From positions 32,001 through 96,000 of the IMG/VR virus record IMGVR_UViG_3300028864_000019: DNA of 64,000 nucleotides. One strand, given 5' to 3'. This document shows positions 10,459 through 21,752 of the stretch, piece by piece. Numbering within the stretch: position 1 is the stretch's first letter; every line of letters starts with the position of its first letter. The notes under the pieces were generated by a model. That model did not search any database and was not told the DNA's origin. It was given only the letters and a program-made list of their open reading frames with translations. The stretch comes from a virus. The position numbers were made by a program, and so were the translations under genes.

Positions 10459-10839
10459 AGATTAGATATTAATATTTTTATCTAGTCTTTTTATTTTCCA
10501 TATTTTAGTACGAATGTTTGTTCTCTATTGTTATTATATTACAGAACGTGCGTTTGGTCAATGCAAATTTTAACTATTCCGTATTTTGATAAATATTTAA
10601 CAAATTTATATACATTAAGATAAATTTTTATCAAGGTATTGTCTAAGTATTATTATGTTCATTATGTTCATTGTCTATGTTCATTTTCTATTATACACTA
10701 ATTATCATGATAATAGTTTGACTCACAGGCAAACTTTAAGCTAAAGATATGTAAATTACCAATATTTATTCATTGATTCGACAATAACTTTCATGATATA
10801 ATAATGAAAATAATAACTTTTGTCGAAAGGGTCTAGTTA

Positions 10840-11133
10840 ATGTATTACTTACCGATAAAAAAGATAAGGCATCTCAAGGGTATGACATTGAAAGAACTAT
10901 CAGAAAAAACTGGATTATCTATTTCTTATTTGAGTAGATTAGAAGACGATAATAGCACTAGAAGTCGGACTCCAACTTTAATAACTTTAGAAAAAATTGC
11001 AATCGGGCTTTCGGTATGTCCAACAGATTTAATCTTTTACTTATGCACTAATTGTCAAATAAACAACTGTAAAAAGAGAGATAGTATAGATTTAAATAAG
11101 TTAATTGAAGAAAATTTAAACTTTTATATTTAA
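10840..11133 (+). CDS. XRE-family HTH regulator
   Basis: KGMTLKELSEKTGLSISYLSRLE...PTLITLEKIA. Confidence 0.85.
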   Translation: MYYLPIKKIRHLKGMTLKELSEKTGLSISYLSRLEDDNSTRSRTPTLITLEKIAIGLSVCPTDLIFYLCTNCQINNCKKRDSIDLNKLIEENLNFYI

Positions 11134-11185
11134 TTATATTATATAAGCTAGGATAAATTTAATAATCCTAGCTTATTTTTATATA

Positions 11186-12145
11186 TTAATCATCAATATC
11201 TACTTCATATCTATACATTGAATCATAAAGTTTCTTCGGTATTTTATCTTTATAATAATCTGCTACTTCTTTAATGTGTTTTTCCTTATATACTTTATAT
11301 CTTTGAAATGCTTCATTTTGATCTGAATATGAACCAAGATAAACTTTATTATTTAATAAGGTATTCCTACATGTTGATATAAACTTACCATTATCATCAT
11401 CAAAATATACCCCTATGGGATATTTTCCTCTTGCTTTATCACATTTAGTAAATAAACTATTAATTTTTTGTGGTACAAATACACATGTTTCTGGAGAGTA
11501 TATTTTATTTCCTTTACATAGAATATCCTTATCCAATGCCATAATCTCATTATTTATTTCATAATAATTCTTTTCGTACCACGTTGCAAAGTTTTGGAAA
11601 TTATGCCACGATTTATCTGCTACGCAATATTTATAAGTTGGTGTTTTTAATTTTTGGTTCTCATTGTAGCATCGGGTCAGCATGCTTTTCCATGTCATAA
11701 ATTGCTTATTATATTTTAATTTAGAATAATCAACATGATATTTACCCTCTCCTAAGTAGCCTATATTAAATACAAATTTGTGATATGGGTTTATAATAGT
11801 CCCTAGTTTAAAACTATTATAAGTTTTATGCTTTACAATAATACCATCTTCGAATTTAACATTTATATCGTTTTGATTTATATAGTTGATTATTTCCATT
11901 TTTTCATTTACTTTATTATAATTTGTTTCACCCGTTCTATCTTTAAATTTATTTAGTAATGCACATTCTGGGCATCCATGACCACATAACAAGTTTAATG
12001 GAATAGATTTCCATTCATGATTACATGACTTGTCCTTTACTAAAATTTTAGTTGTGCTATTAATATACTCTTCGATCACCTCAATATTCGGATTAATAAC
12101 AAACATTTCTTCTTTAAATTGTTCTGTAGTTTTTCTTTTCCCCAT
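11186..12145 (-). CDS. HNH/AP2-type homing endonuclease-like protein with N-terminal zinc ribbon
   Basis: CNHEW...GHGCPEC, WKSMLTRCY, LDKDILCKGNKIYSPETCVFVP, YLGSY. Confidence 0.8.
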   Translation of the reverse strand: MGKRKTTEQFKEEMFVINPNIEVIEEYINSTTKILVKDKSCNHEWKSIPLNLLCGHGCPECALLNKFKDRTGETNYNKVNEKMEIINYINQNDINVKFEDGIIVKHKTYNSFKLGTIINPYHKFVFNIGYLGEGKYHVDYSKLKYNKQFMTWKSMLTRCYNENQKLKTPTYKYCVADKSWHNFQNFATWYEKNYYEINNEIMALDKDILCKGNKIYSPETCVFVPQKINSLFTKCDKARGKYPIGVYFDDDNGKFISTCRNTLLNNKVYLGSYSDQNEAFQRYKVYKEKHIKEVADYYKDKIPKKLYDSMYRYEVDIDD

Positions 12146-12262
12146 ATATTATCTTCTCCTTCATATATATTGTTTTAATTTATTTATATATGTACTAATG
12201 TGATATATAATCTATCAAAAGATAAACATTGTATATCACATAAATATTCATAAATATTTATT

Positions 12263-12433
12263 TCAAAGTAATTTTAAATCATCAATATAGCATTCATGAA
12301 TATCTAATCTATCACCTTCATTAACCTTTACAATTGCTACAGGAAATACCTTACCTAATTGCTCTATTACGCCCTCAACTTCAACTCCATGCAGACTTAT
12401 TCCTTGCACATTATCACCAATTTTATAATCCAT
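12263..12433 (-). CDS. small hypothetical protein (56 aa)
   Basis: MDYKIGDNVQGISLHGVEVEGVIEQ...; GAGGTGG RBS. Confidence 0.55.
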   Translation of the reverse strand: MDYKIGDNVQGISLHGVEVEGVIEQLGKVFPVAIVKVNEGDRLDIHECYIDDLKLL

Positions 12434-12474
12434 ATAAACCACCTCATAATATTATTTTCTATATTATAGCTATT

Positions 12475-12729
12475 TTAGCATAATTTAAATGACATTTCTT
12501 TATTTTCTTTATTACTACTGCAAAACATTAAATTCCACATACAATCACATAAATCAGACAACGGGATCACTTCTTTACTTTTATATTTTTTCTTAACTCT
12601 AAACAATTCTTTAATTTGATCTTCAATCTCACAAGGTTTAATACCAATTATGCTCCCTCTATCTACTTTAACACTTATTCCACTATCCATTTTAAAACTC
12701 ACTATACTTTCATACATACTTAATCTCAC
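12475..12729 (-). CDS. hypothetical protein
   Basis: ORF in co-oriented array. Confidence 0.6.
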   Translation of the reverse strand: MRLSMYESIVSFKMDSGISVKVDRGSIIGIKPCEIEDQIKELFRVKKKYKSKEVIPLSDLCDCMWNLMFCSSNKENKEMSFKLC

Positions 12730-12785
12730 CTTTCTTTTATTTTTAATTTATTAAATTTCATTTAAAAGTAACATTTCATTCTAAT

Positions 12786-12992
12786 TTATCTATATAGTCT
12801 TAACTCTTTTATGCTTCCAATCAACTTAGATATTGAATCAATTCCAAACAATGATACCCATACATGCGAACAGGTTTGTGCAAGCAGTCCGGACACGGAA
12901 TATTTTATAGCTAATCCTATAGTGACAATCGTCAGCCCCGTAGTCACTATTGCTACTACTATAAATGCGTTGTATAGTTCTTTACTATTCAT
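12786..12992 (-). CDS. small membrane protein
   Basis: Hydrophobic segments; GAGGAG RBS. Confidence 0.6.
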   Translation of the reverse strand: MNSKELYNAFIVVAIVTTGLTIVTIGLAIKYSVSGLLAQTCSHVWVSLFGIDSISKLIGSIKELRLYR

Positions 12993-13179
12993 ATTTTCAA
13001 GCTCCTCATAATTATTAAGCTGATTTAATTTTTATAATCTTCTTGTAACCCTAACTTATATTTTAATTCATATAACTTTTCTTGCTTTAAAATTATTTCT
13101 GCTTCTAATTCTATTATATCTTCTTGAATATCATAAATCTCGTCTTTAGTCTCATTAATCATATCTTCTTTATTCATAT

Positions 13180-13470
13180 TTATCCCCTCACCTTATCTTC
13201 CTTTTTATTGATATGCAATAAAAATACTCTTTCGATATCTTTCACATCTTTTTCAAATTGTTCATCATCATAAATATCACCACTATTAACTATATTTATA
13301 AAAGGAACTATTGCTTCTTCTGTATCATTACAATTAATAAATAAGTCTGGATCTAATCCATATTCATTTTGAATCATATCAATAAATTCTTCACTTAATT
13401 CGCTTACTTTCCTAGCAGTATCATTAATTTGTATTAGTTTTCTCTTTAATTTTGATGGCAATTTATTCAA
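13180..13470 (-). CDS. hypothetical protein
   Basis: 96-aa ORF, GAGGTG RBS, TTG start. Confidence 0.65.
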   Translation of the reverse strand: MNKLPSKLKRKLIQINDTARKVSELSEEFIDMIQNEYGLDPDLFINCNDTEEAIVPFINIVNSGDIYDDEQFEKDVKDIERVFLLHINKKEDKVRG

Positions 13471-13543
13471 TTCTCAACACCTCTTAGTATTAATAATATT
13501 ACCAATTTACCTAGACTCTAAACCTATAAAATCAGATTTTTAT

Positions 13544-14089
13544 TCATTTGTCATTTTCTATATATTTAATAATTTCTTCTTTAAATTTTCTTAATTTTTG
13601 CAACTCTTCATCATCAGTTAATCCTAATAAATAATCGATACTAACATTGAGTAATTCAGCCATTAAAATTAGTTTTTCCGTATCTGGATAATTGACTCCA
13701 GTAGTATATTTACTGACTGTAGATTTTGTTATATTTAGTTTTTTTGCTAGTTCAGATTGTGACATATCGTTTTTATATAATACACCAATTAATCTTTTTG
13801 CAAAAATTTCTTTATTATTAGGATTATTTAACGCTTCATTTAAATTATTTTCAACTGTAAAATCTTTATTACTTATTTCTGTTACATATAACAAATCATC
13901 AATACTAATTTTCAATACCTTTGCTATGTTTGAAAGAATTTCCATTCTTGGAGTCCTATTACCTGTTAGATATCTTGATATTGTGGCTTCCGTTACCCCT
14001 ACTTTCTCTGAGAACTCTTTTTGAGTTAAATTAACAATTTCTAATTCTGCCGCAAGTCTTTCAGCAAATGTTTTATTAATGTTTCTCAC
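13544..14089 (-). CDS. Double XRE-HTH regulator
   Basis: Two HTH_3 repeats (LTQKEFSEKVGVTEATISRY; MSQSELAKKLNITKSTVSKY). Confidence 0.9.
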   Translation of the reverse strand: MRNINKTFAERLAAELEIVNLTQKEFSEKVGVTEATISRYLTGNRTPRMEILSNIAKVLKISIDDLLYVTEISNKDFTVENNLNEALNNPNNKEIFAKRLIGVLYKNDMSQSELAKKLNITKSTVSKYTTGVNYPDTEKLILMAELLNVSIDYLLGLTDDEELQKLRKFKEEIIKYIENDK

Positions 14090-14339
14090 TCCTTAACTTT
14101 ATAAAATTCCTATCTTATTTAGATTCATCGTCTTTCCATATACAAGCATAAATATCATCCTTACAAACATAAGTTAGTTTATTAGTATTGTTTAATTGTA
14201 TTTGATATGGACAACAATTATCAGGTTTATGACATTCATATATATTTTTACTCATTACTTCACTTCCTTTATATTTATAATATTATACCATTTTACTAAA
14301 TTTTAGTCACTTTTGATAAAAGATTTAATTTATAGGGTT

Positions 14340-15263
14340 TTATAAATCCTCCATAACGTTTTTCATACGCTCTTCGTCCATTGTTATATATACTCTCGAA
14401 GTGTTGATATTTTCATGCCCTAAAACTTCTGCTACCATTAAAATATCTTTAGTTTTTCTGTATACATTAGTTCCTACGGTATGCCTTGTAGTATGTGTTA
14501 CATATTTCTTATCTGTAAGACGTGCTATTTTGTATAATTTTTTCATCATAACTTGCACTGAACTTTTATCAATACCCCTTCTAAAATTTGATATGAATAG
14601 AACATTCTTATATTCCTCATCAACACCTTCTACTATTCTATTTTCCATATATTCTTTTATTGCTTCTAAACATTTTTTATTTAAATAAACAGAATCTTCT
14701 TTATTTCCTTTTCTTAATATTAGTAATTTATTTTCTTGAATATCATTTAGTTTTATATGAGCAAGTTCTGAAACACGAATACCAGTATTTAATAGTATAG
14801 TCACAATACATTTATTTCTATAATAAAACATATCTTCACGATTCAAAGCATCATATATTTTTTCAACTTGTTCATCTGTAAATGCTATTGGAATTTTCTT
14901 ACCTATTTTGGGGCTATCTAAATCTTCTGCTATATTTGTAGCTACAATATTTTCTTTACGCAAATATTTCCAATAAGATCTTAAACAAGCAACCTTTCTA
15001 GCTCTTGCATATTCTGAATTTTCTAGTTTATTTTTTGAATAGTTTATAAATTTATTTAAATCGTATGTTTGTAATGATTTTAATGTTTTATTGGAAATTT
15101 CTTTTTTATTTTTGTAATCTTTCAAGAATGTAAAAAATACTCTTAAATCTGATTCATACCCTGATATTGTTGTTTTAGCTTTATTATCTGTATTTAATTG
15201 TTCTAAAAAATCCATTGCTGATAATGGTAATTTTATATTATTTTTCTTTTCCATGATTGTCAC
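14340..15263 (-). CDS. XerC/D-like tyrosine recombinase
   Basis: Full catalytic set: TGIRVSEL, RKGNKE, HTTRHT, LGHENINTSRVY. Confidence 0.95.
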   Translation of the reverse strand: MTIMEKKNNIKLPLSAMDFLEQLNTDNKAKTTISGYESDLRVFFTFLKDYKNKKEISNKTLKSLQTYDLNKFINYSKNKLENSEYARARKVACLRSYWKYLRKENIVATNIAEDLDSPKIGKKIPIAFTDEQVEKIYDALNREDMFYYRNKCIVTILLNTGIRVSELAHIKLNDIQENKLLILRKGNKEDSVYLNKKCLEAIKEYMENRIVEGVDEEYKNVLFISNFRRGIDKSSVQVMMKKLYKIARLTDKKYVTHTTRHTVGTNVYRKTKDILMVAEVLGHENINTSRVYITMDEERMKNVMEDL

Positions 15264-15416
15264 TCCTTATTTTTTTGTTTACATATGTAATATTACAATT
15301 TGTTTTAGTAATTATATTTTTTATATTAATTTTATGCAAGTTATAAGAAAAATATTCCTTATAACCTCTGAAAACTAACACTAATAACTTGGTAAATTGA
15401 TAGTTTTAGCATCTTA

Positions 15417-15821
15417 TTACATACCCATTTTAACATCTATACCTTGCCATATTATACTCCAAATACAAGCAAATCCACATAAGATTATATCGCCCCACCA
15501 AAATATATCATTATGAGTTATAAAATTTAATATCAAACTAAGTATTCCTAACATTACACTTATCCAAAATACCATATTTATAAATTTACTATCTTCTTTA
15601 TAAACTTTATTACTATGACACATATCATGCCTATAATTTTTATTTTCACAACATGGACAAATAACATAGTCTGATGATGATTTATTATTTCTATCATTCA
15701 TATAAAAATCATTTTCATGAAAAATGTGACTACATACTTTTTCTTTCCCTTTCTTATTTTTATAGAAACCTCCACAAAAATAAGAACTCTTTGTATAATA
15801 ATTTTCTTCAATACTTTTCAT
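15417..15821 (-). CDS. Membrane protein with Cys/His-rich N-terminus
   Basis: CSHIF...CPCC followed by two transmembrane segments. Confidence 0.65.
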   Translation of the reverse strand: MKSIEENYYTKSSYFCGGFYKNKKGKEKVCSHIFHENDFYMNDRNNKSSSDYVICPCCENKNYRHDMCHSNKVYKEDSKFINMVFWISVMLGILSLILNFITHNDIFWWGDIILCGFACIWSIIWQGIDVKMGM

Positions 15822-15879
15822 AACACTATATCCTTCCTTAATTTATTATATTCTATTAAATCAATGTATTTATCAACTT

Positions 15880-16071
15880 TTATAAAATATGTCCACCTAA
15901 TTCAATGCTCCACTCATTTAATCTAAATATTCCATATGCACCATTGTATTTAACCTCATATCCAATTAAATCATGGTTTGAATTATATAACTCATTACTT
16001 ATTATTCCTTTATAAGTAATTGTTGTACCACCTATTTTCTTAACACATTTGATAGACCTCAATTCTCCCAC
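15880..16071 (-). CDS. hypothetical protein
   Basis: 63-aa ORF in array. Confidence 0.5.
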   Translation of the reverse strand: MGELRSIKCVKKIGGTTITYKGIISNELYNSNHDLIGYEVKYNGAYGIFRLNEWSIELGGHIL

Positions 16072-16310
16072 CTCACTTCCAATGAAATTATGATATTATT
16101 GCCTTATCTATCAACTTCAACTTCCATTCCTAAATCTTCTAATAAATCTTTAATATTACACGCCAACTCTCTTACACCACATTGCGAATCAAATGACCAT
16201 CCATTTACCCAAATCATAGTATCTCCTATTTCAATTATAACCTTTTTCTTTTCATCTTCCATTTTCTCTTTCCTCCTAAACTCAATATTTTAATGACTCT
16301 TCAATTAGCA

Positions 16311-16634
16311 TCAAAACACAAGCAACCCATATTTTTCAATATATCCTTTTAAATCCATAGGCATGTTATCAAATAATCTAAACAAAAAGTATTGATAACT
16401 ATTAACTTTCATTAATTCATCTTTGTGTATACCTACTGTCAGGTTACTAAATTGATATTGAAGATTTTTATCTATAAAAGATATTCCTAAAACTAAATAA
16501 TCTGCATCATTGAATCCTTTAATGTTCATTCCAGAAATTTTTGTATGATTGTAATAGTTCATCCAATCCATAATATTATATTCAATTGTTTGACCAATTT
16601 TTATAACTTTAGCATTCTCTTTAAAATTTTTCAT
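16311..16634 (-). CDS. hypothetical protein
   Basis: 107-aa ORF, GAGAGGA RBS. Confidence 0.65.
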   Translation of the reverse strand: MKNFKENAKVIKIGQTIEYNIMDWMNYYNHTKISGMNIKGFNDADYLVLGISFIDKNLQYQFSNLTVGIHKDELMKVNSYQYFLFRLFDNMPMDLKGYIEKYGLLVF

Positions 16635-17010
16635 ATAAATAATCCTCTCTTATATTTTATTTTATTTGCACTAATTCAACTTCATCAGTTTTCAATCTTC
16701 TAATTCCTCCATATGTAAATAATTCAATGGTATCACCTTTAACAAATCCTATAAATACTTTATCCTTTAGTTTATCATCATTTAATATTTTAAAAGCTCC
16801 CAATGTTATCTTACCTCCTGAATCCCACTATATTTTTTCTTTGTTTATTCTTAGTAACATCTTTATAGCTAATTCATATTCTCCAGCTTCTAATAACCCT
16901 TTTATAATACCTTTCATTTCAACTACCTCCTATTTGTTATTTTCTTAATCTCTTTTCTATATTATAGCATTTATATTTCAATATTGCAATACTTTATATA
17001 TTAATTTATT

Positions 17011-17301
17011 TTAATAATTATACAATCCCAGATCTTTATGAATTGCCTTGTAAAATAACGCCATAACTTCAGCTTCTTTGAGGTAATGACACCTTACATT
17101 TCTTTCACCATCTTGATTACTCATTACAAAATCATACGTTAAGAATCCATCTACTGTTATGCTAATTTTGTAATACTCGTAGCTATCTTCATCTATAATA
17201 TACTCTAAGCAACCGTTTATATACATATTATCTTTTCTATAAGTAACACACCATTCATCTCCTAAGATTGCATTTAACTTTAACATTAAATTATATAACA
17301 T
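17011..17301 (-). CDS. hypothetical protein
   Basis: 96-aa ORF, AAGGAG RBS. Confidence 0.65.
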   Translation of the reverse strand: MLYNLMLKLNAILGDEWCVTYRKDNMYINGCLEYIIDEDSYEYYKISITVDGFLTYDFVMSNQDGERNVRCHYLKEAEVMALFYKAIHKDLGLYNY

Positions 17302-17596
17302 TTCAACTTGCTCCTTATTTAATTTGCTTCTTTGATATATTATATTCAGCTATACTTAAAATAGTACCACAAAAATAATAAATTAATATAATAACTTAAA
17401 AACTATATATAGATAAACTATCCCAACCAATATGCAAATGCTCCTATACTTAAAATTAATAATATAATCAATATCCTAACTATTATTCCCATATAATTAT
17501 AACTCAATTTAACATCAAATATTTTATTGTCTATGTGAAATTTTCTACTTTGGTATAGATACTCACTTATTTCTTTTTTAGATTTCATTATATCGC

Positions 17597-17908
17597 CTAC
17601 TTTCTATTCATTTCCATTTCTAAAATAATATTTACTGTATGCTTACCCATATCATCAAGACTATTATATTTATCTAACAGTTTCTTTTCACTTTCAGTTA
17701 AATAATTATTATTCCAACCCATTAACCAATCAGGAGCGACTTCTAATATATCAGCTAATCTTTCTATCTTATCAAAAGGTATATTTGATATTACACCACT
17801 TTCATATCTTTGTAATGTTGGCTTACTTACTCCTAGTTTTCTAGATACTTCGTCTAATGTCATATTTAATTCTAATCTTCTATTTTTAATATTCTCTTTA
17901 AAACTCAT
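17597..17908 (-). CDS. XRE-family HTH regulator (repressor-like)
   Basis: IKNRRLELNMTLDEVSRKLGVSKPTLQRYESG...PDWLMG. Confidence 0.9.
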   Translation of the reverse strand: MSFKENIKNRRLELNMTLDEVSRKLGVSKPTLQRYESGVISNIPFDKIERLADILEVAPDWLMGWNNNYLTESEKKLLDKYNSLDDMGKHTVNIILEMEMNRK

Positions 17909-18095
17909 AATTTTCTTCCTTTATAACTCTTCTTTGCTCTCTTTGAAGAACTAAATTAGCCATATTCATATAAAAATCCTGTTCTTCCTTTGTTTTTGCC
18001 TCATTAAATAATTCCTTTAACTCTGAATATGAATACTTTAAAAACTGATTATACAAATTAAAATTCGATTTGTTATCCATAATATAATTCTCCAT
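17898..18095 (-). CDS. small hypothetical protein overlapping the XRE gene start
   Basis: 65-aa ORF, coupled to 17597..17908. Confidence 0.6.
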   Translation of the reverse strand: MENYIMDNKSNFNLYNQFLKYSYSELKELFNEAKTKEEQDFYMNMANLVLQREQRRVIKEENYEF

Positions 18096-18338
18096 TCATT
18101 TTATATACATATAATTATATCATATATTTATTTTAATATTATACTATATAATTCTCAAAATATTCCAGTTATTTTTAACGTAAAATACCGAATTTAATTG
18201 CTTATTTTTCTACAGGTCTTATTATATTACCTACCTTATTACAACCTCGTGGTGAGCCTTGTGACGTTACTATATAAGTAATTTCTCTGCAACAAAAAAG
18301 AGTACAAAGATTTTTCTTTATACTCTCAATAATTTAAT

Positions 18339-18863
18339 TTAGAATCCAGTTACTTCTGCTAATTTATACGTTGCAACTGCATCATCTGTATCTATTCCCA
18401 TTGCTTTAAATTTCCATGTACCGTCTTTGGCTAAATTATTTACATTTGCAATAGCTGTTCCTAATTGATTACCATCTTTGTCAAATAAATTATATGTTAC
18501 TTGAACATAATTTAATTCTTTTCCTGAGTTGTTTTTAATTATCCCTTCTATATGAATAGCAAATGAATCTTTTGAACTTGTAACTTCTCCAACAAATTCA
18601 TATTTTTCTTTTGGTTTCTCTTCAACTTTTAGAGTTTCTGTTTTTGTTTCTTGTTTGTCTACACTTGCATTTGTTTGAGTTAAATCTGTTTTAGTCTTAC
18701 TTCCTCCCGATCCTATTGCTCCCAATAAGAAGAATACTACAATAGTAATAAACCACCATCTTAAATAAATAGGCTTTTTATTTTTAGCACCACAACTAGG
18801 ACAAGACTTAGCACTTTTTGCAATTTCAATTCCACAAGTTTTACATTTAATCATTTTAGGCAT
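18339..18863 (-). CDS. Zinc-ribbon + TM + FxLYD-domain surface protein (superinfection-exclusion-like architecture)
   Basis: CKTCG...CPSCG, KKPIYLRWWF-TM, GIIKNNSGKELNYVQVTYNLFDKDGNQLG. Confidence 0.8.
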   Translation of the reverse strand: MPKMIKCKTCGIEIAKSAKSCPSCGAKNKKPIYLRWWFITIVVFFLLGAIGSGGSKTKTDLTQTNASVDKQETKTETLKVEEKPKEKYEFVGEVTSSKDSFAIHIEGIIKNNSGKELNYVQVTYNLFDKDGNQLGTAIANVNNLAKDGTWKFKAMGIDTDDAVATYKLAEVTGF

Positions 18864-18990
18864 TTTCAGCTCTCCTCATTATTTATTATTATAATTTTAA
18901 TTTATTTATATAAGCACAACATACAGTTATGTATCTATTTAAAATACCGTATGTTGTGTTAAAGGTCTTGTTTTTAATGAAATAACGCTT

Positions 18991-19224
18991 TTAAAAGAAT
19001 TTAAATTTATTGTCATGTAAATCAAACCTAATTTCATAATTAATGCTCTTTGGTTCTACATGATTTTCTTCAGATAGCTCTATTATTGATTTTAAATTTT
19101 CAAACACTTCATTAACTACTTCTTTGTCAGTTTTATTATGTTCTTCTATTATTGTTTCTACTATATCTGATATACATATAACTTTAGAAAAATCATTGTT
19201 GTTTATAATCTTGTATTGCTTCAT
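18991..19224 (-). CDS. hypothetical protein
   Basis: 77-aa ORF, AAGGAGTG RBS. Confidence 0.65.
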   Translation of the reverse strand: MKQYKIINNNDFSKVICISDIVETIIEEHNKTDKEVVNEVFENLKSIIELSEENHVEPKSINYEIRFDLHDNKFKFF

Positions 19225-19288
19225 TTTTAATCACTCCTTAATTATTAATTGATAATTATTTTCAATAAAACTCTTGATTTATTGTCTT

Positions 19289-19840
19289 TTATTTTTTTAA
19301 ATCTTCTAAAGCTTTTAATTCTTTTTCATATGCTGACATTTTAGATTCTATATAATCTTTTCTTCTATTAATTGCTTCAACTAATTCATTTTCATACTCT
19401 TCTTTCGTTGCCAACTCATATTCTTTACTATCTTCTAATACATATTCCACTTTTAAACTGCAATTATTCTTAATTTCATATTTCCCATCAAAGTCATAAT
19501 CTAGCCACAATCCACCATAAAATTCTTTTGTTCTATTTAGTTTTAATATTTCTTTCTTGTCTTTAATATACTCAGGTAAATCATCTACAAACTCATATTC
19601 CCAGTCCTTAAGCCATAATTCTTCATCATTATACTGTATACAAATCATTTCTTCATAGTCATAACTATACAAGACATCAAATGTTTTTCCTACTGAATCC
19701 TTATATTCACTATTTAATATAGATTCACATTCTAAAACTTTTGCTTTTCTAAATTTAAATGATTCTTTCTCTAAAATATATTCACCATCTTTTATTAATT
19801 GTTCTACAAAGCCATTTTCATATTTCTTCATGAATATCAA
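19289..19840 (-). CDS. hypothetical protein
   Basis: ORF with GAGGAG RBS. Confidence 0.7.
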   Translation of the reverse strand: MIFMKKYENGFVEQLIKDGEYILEKESFKFRKAKVLECESILNSEYKDSVGKTFDVLYSYDYEEMICIQYNDEELWLKDWEYEFVDDLPEYIKDKKEILKLNRTKEFYGGLWLDYDFDGKYEIKNNCSLKVEYVLEDSKEYELATKEEYENELVEAINRRKDYIESKMSAYEKELKALEDLKK

Positions 19841-19886
19841 CTCCTCAATATTTAATTATATTATAACTCCGATTAAAAGAACTATT

Positions 19887-20666
19887 TTAAGCCAACATAT
19901 TATTTTTATTGTATAAATATCTTAAACCATCAGCTAAGTTCTTTAAAGCTTCTGGTGATGGTTTATTGCATCTTACGGTTATAGTCACTTCTCTACCACC
20001 AATAATTCTCTTATCAACCGTTGTAGTCCACTCGCTTTTATTAACAGATTCAACTTCCTCTAAATCAACTGCCTTTATTTCCTTTTCATTTAATGATTGA
20101 CATACAACATTTATTTCTAATGGAATATTTCTTTTTCTATCTCTATAATTTTTAGAAATGAATCTAGCTATATATTCTATTTTAATATCAACATCTCTAT
20201 ATTCATTGTTATCTTTTACGAAATCATCATATAAGTATTTTATCATAGAATATTCTTTTTGTATTTTTGCTAAATTTAATGACATAAATTTATGTTTATA
20301 ATCATCATATTGTTTAGATGATTTTTTATTGCTCTTTATTAATACAGGAATTAATTTATCTATTATTGTATTTATATAATCACTAATATTTTTATAATTT
20401 TTTGTAACAGCTTTTAATAAACTTGTATTGAAGTCTTTCTCCCAATTATTACATAACTTAATTAACTTGAAAATCTCAAACATTTCATATCCTTCGGTTG
20501 GAATATGAACAAATTTCAAAGGTTCGTATTTTTCAAATTCTGATTTTATAAAGTTAGCATTAATATTATATTTTTCTAGTTCTAATTTTAATCCTTCTAT
20601 AGTTGCGTTTCTGTTCCCGTACATATATTTTTTAACTATAGTCTCATATCTTTTTATTTGTGGCAT
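19887..20666 (-). CDS. hypothetical protein
   Basis: 259-aa ORF, AGGAGG RBS. Confidence 0.75.
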   Translation of the reverse strand: MPQIKRYETIVKKYMYGNRNATIEGLKLELEKYNINANFIKSEFEKYEPLKFVHIPTEGYEMFEIFKLIKLCNNWEKDFNTSLLKAVTKNYKNISDYINTIIDKLIPVLIKSNKKSSKQYDDYKHKFMSLNLAKIQKEYSMIKYLYDDFVKDNNEYRDVDIKIEYIARFISKNYRDRKRNIPLEINVVCQSLNEKEIKAVDLEEVESVNKSEWTTTVDKRIIGGREVTITVRCNKPSPEALKNLADGLRYLYNKNNMLA

Positions 20667-20743
20667 ATCAATATCCTCCTAATTTCATTCTTAATTCTCT
20701 TATGATAGTACACGATTTAACATGTACTAAGCTAAAAGAACTC

Positions 20744-21220
20744 TTATTTATTCATTAATACATTTATTAACATTCTATACTCATTAGGTATTAAACTCAA
20801 TACTAAGCTATTGTCTGTGTACTTTAAAGCCTTATCAAAATTATTTTCTATACTAAAAGTTATGAATGATTTTATATATCTTTCTTGATTATTTCTAGTA
20901 ACACCTTCAAAATTATTTAAATAGCTTTCTAACTCGTTAGTATTAATCTCTAAAATATCTTTATCAATTGCATCTATAAATCTTTTAACTGCACTCTTAT
21001 ATTGAGGTAGGCTTGATTTAGTTTTACCACTGTTACTCTCAAAGTTATTCCAGTATTCTTGATTAATCCCTTTGATTGAATAAAGTTCTTTTCTAACTTC
21101 TAACCCCTTATAAAATTGCTCCCCTTTATGATAATTTCCTTTAGTTGTACTATTTGATGCTATCAAATTATTTGATCTAGATTTATAACTTTCAAAATTT
21201 ACAAGTTCCATATAAAACAC
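20744..21220 (-). CDS. Protein resembling an isolated integrase core-binding (SAM-like) domain
   Basis: KSSLPQYKSAVKRF...DILEINTNELESYL...TRNNQERYIKSFITF; no catalytic domain. Confidence 0.5.
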   Translation of the reverse strand: MFYMELVNFESYKSRSNNLIASNSTTKGNYHKGEQFYKGLEVRKELYSIKGINQEYWNNFESNSGKTKSSLPQYKSAVKRFIDAIDKDILEINTNELESYLNNFEGVTRNNQERYIKSFITFSIENNFDKALKYTDNSLVLSLIPNEYRMLINVLMNK

Positions 21221-21503
21221 TCCTCATTAATATTTAATTACTTTTTATGTAGCATTTCCGTAACTCTTATCTTATATTCATTATAAATCTTTTCTTTATA
21301 AATTGCAATACTTCTTACATTAATTTATTGAATTATTTTTTATACTAAGCAACTTATATTATTCAAAATCCATTCTAATGAAGTACCACGTTCTAATAAT
21401 TCCTGTACTTTTCCCACAAAGCTTAAATTTATATTGATATTTTCCTTTGTACAACTTTCTACAATCTTACTGTATATATTTATACTCATATGTATTACCT
21501 CCT

Positions 21504-21698
21504 TTACCAAACTTGTATATATGGTGTTTTTATAATTTTCTTAGTTGGATTACCTAAAGTACCACCCCACTCAACTTTTACATCAACACATTCTTTTACA
21601 TTACTTAATCTGCAATTACCATTCATCATATCATAAACTTTTATTTCAATATCATCTGGATAATCTTTTATTTTTTCTAAAAATTCACCTTTGGTCAT
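21504..21698 (-). CDS. small phage protein (MTxxELxEKLxxYPDD type)
   Basis: MTKGEFLEKIKDYPDDIEI; AGGAGG RBS. Confidence 0.65.
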   Translation of the reverse strand: MTKGEFLEKIKDYPDDIEIKVYDMMNGNCRLSNVKECVDVKVEWGGTLGNPTKKIIKTPYIQVW

Positions 21699-21752
21699 TT
21701 TATTTCCCTCCTATATTTTACAATTAAAATTTGATTTTTATCAGCTTATTTT